Shown here: piece after piece, positions 28,808 through 36,284 of the stretch
Layout: each line of letters starts with the position of its first letter
Numbering within the stretch: the stretch's first letter is position 1
IMG/VR virus record: IMGVR_UViG_3300045988_077625
Coordinates: 20,961 to 84,960 of that record
DNA length: 64,000 bases
Direction: 5' to 3' (one strand)
Source of the DNA: a virus
Program-made: the position numbers and the translations under genes
The notes under the pieces: model-generated
What the model was told of the DNA's origin: nothing
Databases searched by the model: none
The model's input: only the letters and a program-made list of their open reading frames with translations

Positions 28808-28982
28808 TTACTTTAGATTTGATCAGCTCTTTAATTGCTTTGGCAGAAGTCAAGTTGGAAATAGATTTATCTATTGCGCAAATACAAGCATTCCAACCAG
28901 CCATCAAACCTTGATTAAAATAGCTTTGAAATTTAGGTTCAAGCTCTTTCTTCAAAATATCTTTTAGCTCATTATCAGACAT
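28773..28982 (-). CDS. hypothetical protein
   Basis: ATG (MSDNELK) follows GGGAGGGG. The track ORF start at 29108 overlaps the neighbouring gene. Confidence 0.45.
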   Translation of the reverse strand: MSDNELKDILKKELEPKFQSYFNQGLMAGWNACICAIDKSISNLTSAKAIKELIKSKVNEVNARSEKRE

Positions 28983-29016
28983 ATGTCCCCTCCCTATATG
29001 GTGCATTTCTGTCATA

Positions 29017-29451
29017 TCAATCTGCCAACTCAAGGCTAGACAATGCAACAACACACGGCTTATCAGAATTTGCATTGTCGATAAGAGCAATGTCCTTTGT
29101 TTTATCAATATATTTAACTGTCCACACTCGAGTTCTCACATGGTTAATCACTACTCTGTCCCCGACCTTAATTTCTCTTGGCTTCTTTACTTCATTCATT
29201 TTTGCTTTTAGCTCATCAAGCCCAACCTGCAAACGCCAATCATCGTCAGGATGGCATCTTGTTTCAACCTTCTTGCCATCCTTGCTTGTCATCGTCATAC
29301 GATTACCCTTAATATGCAGGTCATAATCGCCCTCTAGCCACTTAGGTGCTAGATTCTTTTCATAGAATTTGTATTCTAGCTTCATCTTATTCTTCATCCT
29401 TTCTTTCATAATTTCATCATATAGACTATTAAATACATCATCCCACATCAT
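29017..29451 (-). CDS. hypothetical protein
   Basis: Track ORF with AAGGAGG upstream. Confidence 0.5.
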   Translation of the reverse strand: MMWDDVFNSLYDEIMKERMKNKMKLEYKFYEKNLAPKWLEGDYDLHIKGNRMTMTSKDGKKVETRCHPDDDWRLQVGLDELKAKMNEVKKPREIKVGDRVVINHVRTRVWTVKYIDKTKDIALIDNANSDKPCVVALSSLELAD

Positions 29452-29470
29452 TGTTTATGTCCTCCTTAAA

Positions 29471-29638
29471 TCATATGATAATATTATCGTAAATATATGC
29501 GTCAGATGCGTAGAAAATTTCATTAGTATGCAAATATCTACAAATCCATAGATCATCTGTATCATCCCAATTTTCTACAATAGCATATCGTAGTCCACGC
29601 TTAAAAATCGTATTTCTACATATTAGCCGCTTTGATAT
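29471..29638 (-). CDS. possible small protein with non-canonical (ATA) start
   Basis: A 55-codon open frame (ISKRLICRNT..WDDTDDLWICRY..) fills the int-to-next-gene gap. No ATG/GTG/TTG is available. ATA lies 7 nt after GGAGGG. The frame is continuous with int across its TAA. Confidence 0.3.
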   Translation of the reverse strand: MSKRLICRNTIFKRGLRYAIVENWDDTDDLWICRYLHTNEIFYASDAYIYDNIII

Positions 29639-29656
29639 TGTTATACCCTCCTCAAC

Positions 29657-30496
29657 TTAAAAATTCATCACGCTCATAGCGTTAATTGCACGTTGTTCAG
29701 TGCGCTTAATATATCTGTTTGCCGTAATAGCAATCGAGCTGTGTCCCATCGCCTTACTAATAACCTCAATAGGCACATCAGCCTCAGACATCATGGTAGC
29801 AAATGTGCGGCGCATGGTATGGTTGCTGATGTGCAATTCTTCCCAATTCTCAATACCAGCTTTTCTAGCACACACCTTGAGCATAGCGCTGGTATTTTTG
29901 CCATCCATCTTATTGCCTTGATTGCCAACAAATAGATATTCACAACCATTTTTGCGTTCATTGGTAATATAGCTATCAATCAGCTTGATCGTCTCATCGG
30001 ACAAACCAATCAATCTATCCTTATCGCCCTTACCACGAATGACTAGGATATTATTACTGCGGCTTTCATACTGCTCAAGCGTGATATTGAGCAATTCGTG
30101 AATACGCAAGCCAGTTTGCGCAAGCATCATGATAATCGCCTTATTGCGCAAATTGGTTGCGGCATTGACCATGGCTCTTACTTGTTCACCAGTCAGCGCA
30201 GATTGTTCACGATTCTTGATAGCAGGAGCTTCAAGAAACTCAGCCGGATTGCGCTGAATGAACTCATTCCGATATAGGAATTTGAAATATTCACGAACAG
30301 CTGACGTTCTCTGAGCAACAGATGCAGAGCTGAGATTACTCATACTGGACTGCCACATCTCAAGATCAATAGCCTTGATTTCAGATTCAGGCTTGTTGAC
30401 ATACTTCAAGCAATTATTAACCGCCTTGGTATATTCTCTGATTGTGCCTTCGCTACGGTGCTTTGCCTTGAGGCTCATAATAAACAGTTCATTCAT
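29657..30496 (-). CDS. int: tyrosine recombinase / integrase (XerC/D-like)
   Basis: HTMRRTFAT and GHSSIAITANRY in the C-terminal catalytic region. ATG (MNELFIM) follows AAGGAG. Confidence 0.8.
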   Translation of the reverse strand: MNELFIMSLKAKHRSEGTIREYTKAVNNCLKYVNKPESEIKAIDLEMWQSSMSNLSSASVAQRTSAVREYFKFLYRNEFIQRNPAEFLEAPAIKNREQSALTGEQVRAMVNAATNLRNKAIIMMLAQTGLRIHELLNITLEQYESRSNNILVIRGKGDKDRLIGLSDETIKLIDSYITNERKNGCEYLFVGNQGNKMDGKNTSAMLKVCARKAGIENWEELHISNHTMRRTFATMMSEADVPIEVISKAMGHSSIAITANRYIKRTEQRAINAMSVMNF

Positions 30497-30525
30497 AATA
30501 TTCAGCTCCTTTACTTGATGGTTTA

Positions 30526-30554
30526 AGTATAGCACAATGGAGCTTGTTTGTCAA
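30526..30554 (-). promoter_or_regulatory. sigma70-type promoter (extended -10) for int
   Basis: Minus strand reads TTGACA-17-TATACT with TGc. Confidence 0.7.
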
Positions 30555-30558
30555 GCTC

Positions 30559-30873
30559 TTATTTCATTAGTGAAGAAAATTCTTCTGTATGTCCGCATTT
30601 ATCACAAGTGTAATAGAAAGATTTAGAAGCGTGACGCTGAGAAGCCGCAGAGAGTTCATAAGTACCGCCGCATTCACAAATGCCATTATTCCAACAATCA
30701 TTAGCATTTTCGGCGTCCTTGTAAATCAGAGCCACAACCCCACAAGTGACAGCCAGCACGCACAGGCAAGCAATGATTTTTCCTTTTACAGTTTGCGGAG
30801 CAACAATCGCAACCATCAGAGGAAGCAGAGCGAGAACCGCCCAACCAACATAGAACATGACATTTGTAAACAT
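30559..30873 (-). CDS. small membrane protein with C-terminal Cys cluster
   Basis: Two hydrophobic helices, then CECGG..CDKCGH. Confidence 0.5.
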   Translation of the reverse strand: MFTNVMFYVGWAVLALLPLMVAIVAPQTVKGKIIACLCVLAVTCGVVALIYKDAENANDCWNNGICECGGTYELSAASQRHASKSFYYTCDKCGHTEEFSSLMK

Positions 30874-30930
30874 TTTAATTACCTCTTTCCTTAACTTCTG
30901 GTATTATTATACCATGCGGAAGGGGTTTTG

Positions 30931-31158
30931 TTAACCCTTTTTTTCAGTTCTTTGCCACAAAATTTTCATAATGCAAGTCAAAGCCATACGCATGGCAAAA
31001 ACTTCCATGTATTCAAATTGAGGCAAATTGAAATGCCATGCAAAGATGTTCCAACCCCACCAGATGAAAGCCGCAGTAGTGAACCAGAACGCCACCTGTC
31101 CGACTATTGTACCACATACCTGTCCCGCAGTCATTTCTTTAAAATCCATTTTTATCAA
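30931..31158 (-). CDS. small membrane protein
   Basis: Track ORF with hydrophobic segments and its own promoter. Confidence 0.5.
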   Translation of the reverse strand: MIKMDFKEMTAGQVCGTIVGQVAFWFTTAAFIWWGWNIFAWHFNLPQFEYMEVFAMRMALTCIMKILWQRTEKKG

Positions 31159-31182
31159 TTCCTTTCGTTTCTTTGTACCTCA

Positions 31183-31211
31183 ATTATAGCACCTTTTGGC
31201 TTGTTTGTCAA
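31183..31211 (-). promoter_or_regulatory. sigma70-type promoter (extended -10)
   Basis: Minus strand reads TTGACA-17-TATAAT with TGc. Confidence 0.7.
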
Positions 31212-31218
31212 GCCCTTT

Positions 31219-31371
31219 TTACAGAAAAATTATTGCGGCGGAAATTACAAGCAGATAGCCAAGAGACCCCGCCAAAACATTGTGTTTGAAAGCGCCATTT
31301 ACATTAGCGTCAATAATGGCAAATCCCGCAAGGAACATGAGAAAAGCCATGAAATACTGTAATAGTTTCAT
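31219..31371 (-). CDS. small membrane protein (50 aa)
   Basis: ATG (MKLLQYFMAFLMFLAG..) follows GGGGG. Confidence 0.45.
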   Translation of the reverse strand: MKLLQYFMAFLMFLAGFAIIDANVNGAFKHNVLAGSLGYLLVISAAIIFL

Positions 31372-31372
31372 G

Positions 31373-31561
31373 TTAAAACCCCCAATGCTTTTCACCATCA
31401 GAAAACAGTGCATCGTGCATGTCATTGTAAAGCTGATAGCCGCCCTCTTTGAGAAGCTGTTCTTTGTACGCCTGCCGAACCGCAAAAATTCGGTCAAGTT
31501 CTTTGTCTTGCTCTTGGAGCATAATCAAAATGGCGGTAAACTCTTTTTCTTTCATGTTCAT
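31373..31561 (-). CDS. hypothetical protein
   Basis: Track ORF. Confidence 0.5.
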   Translation of the reverse strand: MNMKEKEFTAILIMLQEQDKELDRIFAVRQAYKEQLLKEGGYQLYNDMHDALFSDGEKHWGF

Positions 31562-31579
31562 TACCTCTTTTCTATTGGT

Positions 31580-31608
31580 ATTATAACATAGGTCGGAGCT
31601 TTTGTCAA
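31580..31608 (-). promoter_or_regulatory. sigma70-type promoter
   Basis: Minus strand reads TTGACA-17-TATAAT. Confidence 0.7.
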
Positions 31609-31618
31609 GCTCCTTTTT

Positions 31619-31795
31619 TCAGCTCAGTCTTTCAAACATGGCCCATAGCGTTTCGCTGTCAATGGATGTTTCATCCATCATTTCTTGAATTTGCTCTTCA
31701 GTGGATAGGTATTCATCATTTCGCCAAAAGATAGAACGAATAATTATCCATGCGCACCAGCTTACGACAATTAGTACCAATACAGCCGTCATCAT
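31619..31795 (-). CDS. small membrane protein (58 aa)
   Basis: ATG (MMTAVLVLIVVSW..) follows GGAGG. Confidence 0.45.
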   Translation of the reverse strand: MMTAVLVLIVVSWCAWIIIRSIFWRNDEYLSTEEQIQEMMDETSIDSETLWAMFERLS

Positions 31796-31826
31796 GGTCT
31801 TACGACCTCCTTCATTTGATGGTTTA

Positions 31827-31855
31827 AGTATAGCACCATAGCGGCGATTTGTCAA
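31827..31855 (-). promoter_or_regulatory. sigma70-type promoter (extended -10)
   Basis: Minus strand reads TTGACA-17-TATACT with TGc. The -10 and leader are nearly identical to the int promoter. Confidence 0.7.
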
Positions 31856-32091
31856 GTATTATTTTGAGGAAATATCTCACAGCTCTTAACGCCGTTGACA
31901 AACCAATACCACTTACCATCTTCAGGGTCTTGTTTAATATTATATCTTCTTTGTTTCAAATTATCCATAAATATATCTTGTTGAGTAATTTCCATTGGCT
32001 TAATTTCATAGCTAAACCAATTATATAATTCAGCAATTAACTTGTCCCCATTATAAAGTTTGACATTACCTGTTTCTGCTACATGTTGCAT
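31852..32091 (-). CDS. hypothetical protein
   Basis: Track ORF. Confidence 0.5.
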   Translation of the reverse strand: MQHVAETGNVKLYNGDKLIAELYNWFSYEIKPMEITQQDIFMDNLKQRRYNIKQDPEDGKWYWFVNGVKSCEIFPQNNT

Positions 32092-32112
32092 CTCATCACT
32101 TCTTTCTTTTAG

Positions 32113-32147
32113 AAAAATCCCTATAATCTTTCAACCATAGGGATTTT
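32113..32147 (-). terminator. rho-independent terminator after hup
   Basis: AAAATCCCTAT-12 nt-ATAGGGATTTT. The stem carries the U-run. Confidence 0.6.
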
Positions 32148-32161
32148 AACAGGAGGATTAT

Positions 32162-32437
32162 TTACTCATTGATTTCTGCCTTCAATACACTCGTTGGCTT
32201 AAAAGTCAGAGCATACTTGGCAGGAACTTCAATGGTTTCACCGGTCTGTGGATTACGAGCAGTACGAGCATCGCGCAGCTTGGTTGAGAACTTGCCAAAG
32301 CCATGAATCACCACATCCTCATGCTGAATTAGGCTATGTCTGATATAGTCAATGAATGCGTCTACAATCTCAGTTGTGTCCTTGACCGTATTCTCTGTAC
32401 TATCTGCTACAAACTTGATTAGCTCTTTCTTAGTCAT
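32162..32437 (-). CDS. hup: HU/IHF-family DNA-binding protein
   Basis: GFGKFSTKLRDARTARNPQTGETIEVPA. 91 aa. Confidence 0.85.
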   Translation of the reverse strand: MTKKELIKFVADSTENTVKDTTEIVDAFIDYIRHSLIQHEDVVIHGFGKFSTKLRDARTARNPQTGETIEVPAKYALTFKPTSVLKAEINE

Positions 32438-32621
32438 TGTGATATTCCTTTCACTTTAATTTCAATTTAATTTGACAAGTCGCAATGTTCATGTGCATAT
32501 TGACTTGATAGATTGTATGGGTATTATCTAATGTACACTCAATAATACCCATAGATGATTCCTATTTCTGCTCATTCGTCAACAAGCTTCGTCGCCCGTA
32601 GCAATCATCAAGCATAGGCAC

Positions 32622-32705
32622 TGGTGCGGGATAGGGAAGTCGAATCCCTACGCCTTACGGCAACAGATTTTGAGTCTGCCGTGGCTGCCATTACACCAAT
32701 CCCGC
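32622..32705 (-). tRNA. tRNA-Leu (anticodon CAA), CCA encoded
   Basis: Hand-folded cloverleaf. Acceptor GCGGGAT/ATCCCGC. Anticodon stem GCAGA/TCTGT with loop CTCAAAA. Long variable arm GCC-GTAA-GGC. T arm AGGGA-TTCGACT-TCCCT. Confidence 0.85.
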
Positions 32706-33098
32706 ATATATTATCTCAAGCCGACTTCCTACCCCATAGCTATTTCTAGCATCGGCTCGTGAATGATGTTGTCAATCCCAATCCCTTTCATTATGCCGAA
32801 CAGATTGACTGGTGCGCCCTACTTGGCATTAGGCAATTACGCCATTTATGCTTATCTCATTTGTCTTACGCACGTTCCCCAATATGCTTGAATGCTACCC
32901 AATACTAGATGTTCACTTTCAGCCGTTGGGACTCTCACATTCAAGACTGTATCTGGCGTAATAATATAATGATGGCTGTTCATCAAACTCCATTTAACTA
33001 CTGCTTCTGAAGGCATCACTTAGCTTAGACAATCAAACTAAGCTTAAACGAGAGTATTCAAACCGTGTAATCATATTACACTTCGTAGCACCATCATC
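32706..33098 (-). ncRNA. promoter-driven non-coding leader upstream of tRNA-Leu (unknown structured RNA or decayed tRNAs)
   Basis: No credible ORF. Begins about 7 nt after a consensus promoter. Perfect 7-bp hairpins GTGTAAT-atg-ATTACAC and AGCTTAG-9 nt-CTAAGCT. An internal ..GGGCGCACCAGT repeats the tRNA-Leu 3' end CGCACCAGT. Confidence 0.4.
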
Positions 33099-33110
33099 TT
33101 TGCATTTTCA

Positions 33111-33139
33111 ATTATACCATACTTGATTTCATTTGTCAA
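33111..33139 (-). promoter_or_regulatory. sigma70-type promoter (extended -10)
   Basis: Minus strand reads TTGACA-17-TATAAT with TGg. Confidence 0.75.
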
Positions 33140-33215
33140 GGATTATTTTTTCAATCAGCATACCAACAGAAACACCAGCCGCAAATAAACCTAAACACAT
33201 AAACACAATATCCAT
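33129..33215 (-). CDS. possible 28-aa hydrophobic peptide
   Basis: MDIVFMCLGLFAAGVSVGMLIEKIILDK after GAGGAAG. Its 3' end overlaps the -35 box. Confidence 0.3.
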   Translation of the reverse strand: MDIVFMCLGLFAAGVSVGMLIEKIILDK

Positions 33216-33298
33216 TAGTTACTTCCTCTAAAATTAATCATAAATAATCAATAAATTTTCCTAAACCGTTTACCCTACAACTTATACTACTTAATCAA

Positions 33299-33538
33299 CT
33301 AATCTGAAAATTCTTCATTATTAGTCAATGATTTCTTTACCAGGCGAGCTAATTTGAGCCGTTCAGCCGCAGCTTGCTTTTGTTCTTCGGTCATTGAGCG
33401 GGTACGACCTGATTTGCCAAATCTCAAGTCGTAAAGCGGGCAAGACTTGATTGGACAATGCTTTACTTCATTCGTTGAATCTCCCGAACACTGCAAGCAA
33501 TATTGTCGTATTCGTTTTAGCGGCGATGTTGAATCCAT
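33299..33538 (-). CDS. small Cys-rich (zinc-binding) protein
   Basis: CLQCSG..HCPIKSCPLY. Basic C-terminus. Confidence 0.5.
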   Translation of the reverse strand: MDSTSPLKRIRQYCLQCSGDSTNEVKHCPIKSCPLYDLRFGKSGRTRSMTEEQKQAAAERLKLARLVKKSLTNNEEFSD

Positions 33539-33567
33539 AGTAAATGCTCCTTTTATTTTATTTTATC

Positions 33568-33643
33568 TGGTCGAGGGTAAGTGATTTGAACACTTGTAGC
33601 ACGATTATAAGTCATGTGGACTAGACCGCTGTCCGAACCCTCG
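33568..33643 (-). tRNA. tRNA-Ile (anticodon UAU), CCA encoded
   Basis: Hand fold. Acceptor CGAGGGT/ACCCTCG. D arm GGAC-AGCGGTCTA-GTCC. Anticodon stem CATGA/TCGTG with loop CTTATAA. T arm AAGTG-TTCAAAT-CACTT. Confidence 0.8.
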
Positions 33644-33742
33644 ATACTGTGAGCCTTTTATCGTCATGCTCAGGACTATATTCTAGGAGGTTCACAATGA
33701 AGAACTGTAATTGAGATTACCCAATCTCTCAACCACATCTGT

Positions 33743-33771
33743 ATTATATCATAAGAAATACTGTTTGTCAA
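33743..33771 (-). promoter_or_regulatory. sigma70-type promoter (extended -10) for tRNA-Ile
   Basis: Minus strand reads TTGACA-17-TATAAT with TGa. The upstream gene's TGA stop lies inside TTGACA. Confidence 0.75.
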
Positions 33772-33929
33772 GAACAAATTTTATTCATTTCAATAAAATT
33801 TTCACAAGCCCAACCATTGAGGACGGGGATTTCATCACAGCTATATCCCCACAATCCAGTTTCACGGTTATAGCAATCTACATGGCAAATGAAATCGCCA
33901 ATTTTGAAACAGGTATCAAGCATAATCAT
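33768..33929 (-). CDS. small Cys-rich protein (53 aa, below track cutoff)
   Basis: My translation is MIMLDTCFKIGDFICHVDCYNRETGLWGYSCDE... GGAG upstream and its own promoter. Confidence 0.45.
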   Translation of the reverse strand: MIMLDTCFKIGDFICHVDCYNRETGLWGYSCDEIPVLNGWACENFIEMNKICS

Positions 33930-33953
33930 TATCTCCATTTATTTGATAGTTGG

Positions 33954-33982
33954 ATTATACCATATAAAATTTTATTTGTCAA
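33954..33982 (-). promoter_or_regulatory. sigma70-type promoter (extended -10)
   Basis: Minus strand reads TTGACA-17-TATAAT with TGg. Confidence 0.75.
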
Positions 33983-34392
33983 GCATCTTTTTCAAATTTA
34001 TTTTTAATATCCGTCCATCTTTTTATCTGGTCATCTACACGCACCCATTCACCATAATGTATATCTGGGTCAAAATACCATAGTCCATAATAGTTTGGAT
34101 TTTTCTCATCTTCAATAGAGCGAAATGGATTTCCATAGCCTTGATACTTAAATAAATCTTTAATAAATGTCACATCGCTATCATTTCCAACTATAAACGC
34201 CGCCATATAACCAACATCAAATCTGTTAATATAGATAAGCTCAGCACCATCTTTTCCATAAAACCCCAACGTACTATTATTCTGTTTCTTTACATTATTG
34301 TACCGGCACTGAAATTCATGAAGATGTGCCTCATACTCATCATCAAATTCTGCGCCGCAATATTCACATTTGTAAATCGTTGTTTCAATCAT
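33979..34392 (-). CDS. hypothetical protein (N-terminal CxxC..H..C)
   Basis: Track ORF. Confidence 0.5.
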   Translation of the reverse strand: MIETTIYKCEYCGAEFDDEYEAHLHEFQCRYNNVKKQNNSTLGFYGKDGAELIYINRFDVGYMAAFIVGNDSDVTFIKDLFKYQGYGNPFRSIEDEKNPNYYGLWYFDPDIHYGEWVRVDDQIKRWTDIKNKFEKDA

Positions 34393-34973
34393 TCAAACAG
34401 CTCCTCCATTTCTCTAACATGATATTGTCTATTTTTCAAATCGTCCACCCTAGTTCTAGCCAATTCCCAATTTGAACCAGCAAAGCCGCTTTTCATCACA
34501 TCAGCTATAATCTGCTCGTCTTTATATTTGCGCCGTTCGAGCCGTAAATCATGTAGCAGCTTATATATCTTATACCCATCTCTAGCATTGTATGAATTGA
34601 ACTCAATAGCATGAAGCACATCTTGAATTTTATTCTCTACTTCTTGCAGCTTATATTTAACCCATGTCACCCTTGCTACAAGCTGGTCATGCAGGTCACA
34701 GAATGAGCCAATTTGTTCCAATGCTGAATCGTAATTCGCTAATTCCGAATTGTCAAATCCGTTAAAATCGACGGTTTTAGATGGTACATCAATCTGCTGT
34801 ACAAAATATCCAAGATTGCGCATTTGCTTTGGCAGATTGGCAAGCGCATTATCAGCTTTGGTCTTATCATTGAATTGAAATGATTCAACTAATTCAGATG
34901 TTGGAATCCATTGTCCAATAGTATTGTGCATGAGATAGTATTTTTGATTATATAGTACATACATTATCATCAC
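34389..34973 (-). CDS. hypothetical protein
   Basis: Track ORF. The start may be ATG at 34964 after AGGTG. Confidence 0.5.
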   Translation of the reverse strand: MMIMYVLYNQKYYLMHNTIGQWIPTSELVESFQFNDKTKADNALANLPKQMRNLGYFVQQIDVPSKTVDFNGFDNSELANYDSALEQIGSFCDLHDQLVARVTWVKYKLQEVENKIQDVLHAIEFNSYNARDGYKIYKLLHDLRLERRKYKDEQIIADVMKSGFAGSNWELARTRVDDLKNRQYHVREMEELFE

Positions 34974-35303
34974 CTATGGTTCAATTATACCATACTCATT
35001 TACATTTGTCAATAGGATATTTGCCCATTCTGCATTTTCATCTTCGTCGGCATAGAAAAATTTATGACCACCAATCGTCATCGCATAATTCTGCGATTCA
35101 TGCCATGGGCTATCGCACAAAGATGGTGCATAGAAAAACAAAATCGGCTTTTCTGTCACGAATTGCCCCATATCGAAAATGTCATGTATGGCATCCATAA
35201 CCTCAATATACATTTTTCTATTTTGTTTATCTAAATCTGGATTCCAACCGTCGTATTGATACACCTCTTTAACTTCACGAGCCGTTAAGCCATCTTTAAT
35301 CAT
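34974..35303 (-). CDS. hypothetical protein
   Basis: Track ORF. First gene of the minus arm. Confidence 0.5.
   Translation of the reverse strand: MIKDGLTAREVKEVYQYDGWNPDLDKQNRKMYIEVMDAIHDIFDMGQFVTEKPILFFYAPSLCDSPWHESQNYAMTIGGHKFFYADEDENAEWANILLTNVNEYGIIEP
34984..35012 (-). promoter_or_regulatory. sigma70-type promoter (extended -10) inside the upstream gene's 3' end
   Basis: Minus strand reads TTGACA-17-TATAAT with TGg. Confidence 0.65.
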
Positions 35304-35790
35304 TACACTAATGTAAATATCGATTCCGATTTTAGAATTTCATTTTCCACATATACTTACAATCTCGCAAATCAATTTTCGTTTTGTGGCTCGTGCATAT
35401 ATAAATATCCATATACATATCCAATAATAAGAATTATTATCATTTTTATATCCATCTGCATATACATTTACATATTCATATGTAAATGTATCTACATCAT
35501 CATGCACATAAATGATGCAGATAGATTGATCGATAAATAGATTGACACATCTATAGATACATATATACTAATATTACATATTATATTAGCATCAAAGTCA
35601 ATATGTCTATATATCCATCAGTACATTTATTCACACATTCACATTTTTCATATGAATATATGTGAACATTCACACATTTTTCCAACGAGTTTATGTATTG
35701 ATTTGCTACTTTTCTATATAGATATATACTATTAGCATCAATCTATTGCATACACACATTATCTTGTATAGATATAATGCTTGGTTGTCA
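35304..35790. repeat. AT-rich non-coding region dense in palindromes and short direct repeats (candidate origin or regulatory hub)
   Basis: 14-bp-arm palindrome at 35462-35491 nested in CTGCAT..ATGCAG. TTCACAT..ATGTGAA around TTCATATGAA. ATATCCAT occurs three times. ATATATACTA..TTAGCATCAA occurs twice. Confidence 0.5.
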
Positions 35791-36284
35791 ATTATGACAT
35801 GATCACCACAATTAGCCGTGTCGCATCACCTGCGCCTTACTATGCCGATTTTAGAGCAATGGCATATACCTACTATCATCGGCGCAAAAAGCCCGCTATG
35901 AGCAACACAGATACCGTCACGTCCACGCGATTATTATGCACACACTATATTGCCCGAGAAAACAATCGTCGCTTAACACGGACACGCAGACACGAAAAAT
36001 AGGCGTTGATTTGAGCCGCCGCGATATTATATATAGTATATATGGCGGGTAAAATTGTAAGAATCTTAACACGCACACGCAAGAATACGACGCTGTCAAT
36101 TTTGACATCAAATTGGGCATATGGAACAGATGTTCGATATACAGTTAGCATATGCTAACCTATTTACTTTACTTGGGTAAAGTTTTTCAAAAAGTTGGAA
36201 ATTGTGCAGATTGTACAATTTGGCTAAAATGATATCCGGCAACGAAGCCCTCCGGCAGCTGGCCAAAAACTGGAACCCGACCCG

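Noticed and set aside
32706-33098. Identity of the tRNA-Leu leader as tmRNA, RNase P RNA, 6S RNA or a group I intron.
   Set aside because: I found no tag-peptide reading frame with a tRNA-like 5'/3' pairing, no GAGGAAAGTCC-type CR-I near the 5' end, and no P7-type GACTAT/ATAGTC pair. AGATACAGTC has no upstream partner. The region is left as unknown.
33568-33643. tRNA(UAU) as a special initiator that would explain the ATA/ATT starts.
   Set aside because: Position 1:72 is a normal C:G pair, and the anticodon stem (CATGA/TCGTG) lacks the three G:C pairs typical of bacterial initiator tRNAs. It looks like an elongator tRNA-Ile.
35781-36151. Track ORFs 35781..36002 (+), 35917..36120 (-) and 35945..36151 (-).
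   Set aside because: They overlap one another, lack SD sequences, cover repeat elements, and have Arg/Thr-rich or low-complexity translations. I treat the region as non-coding.
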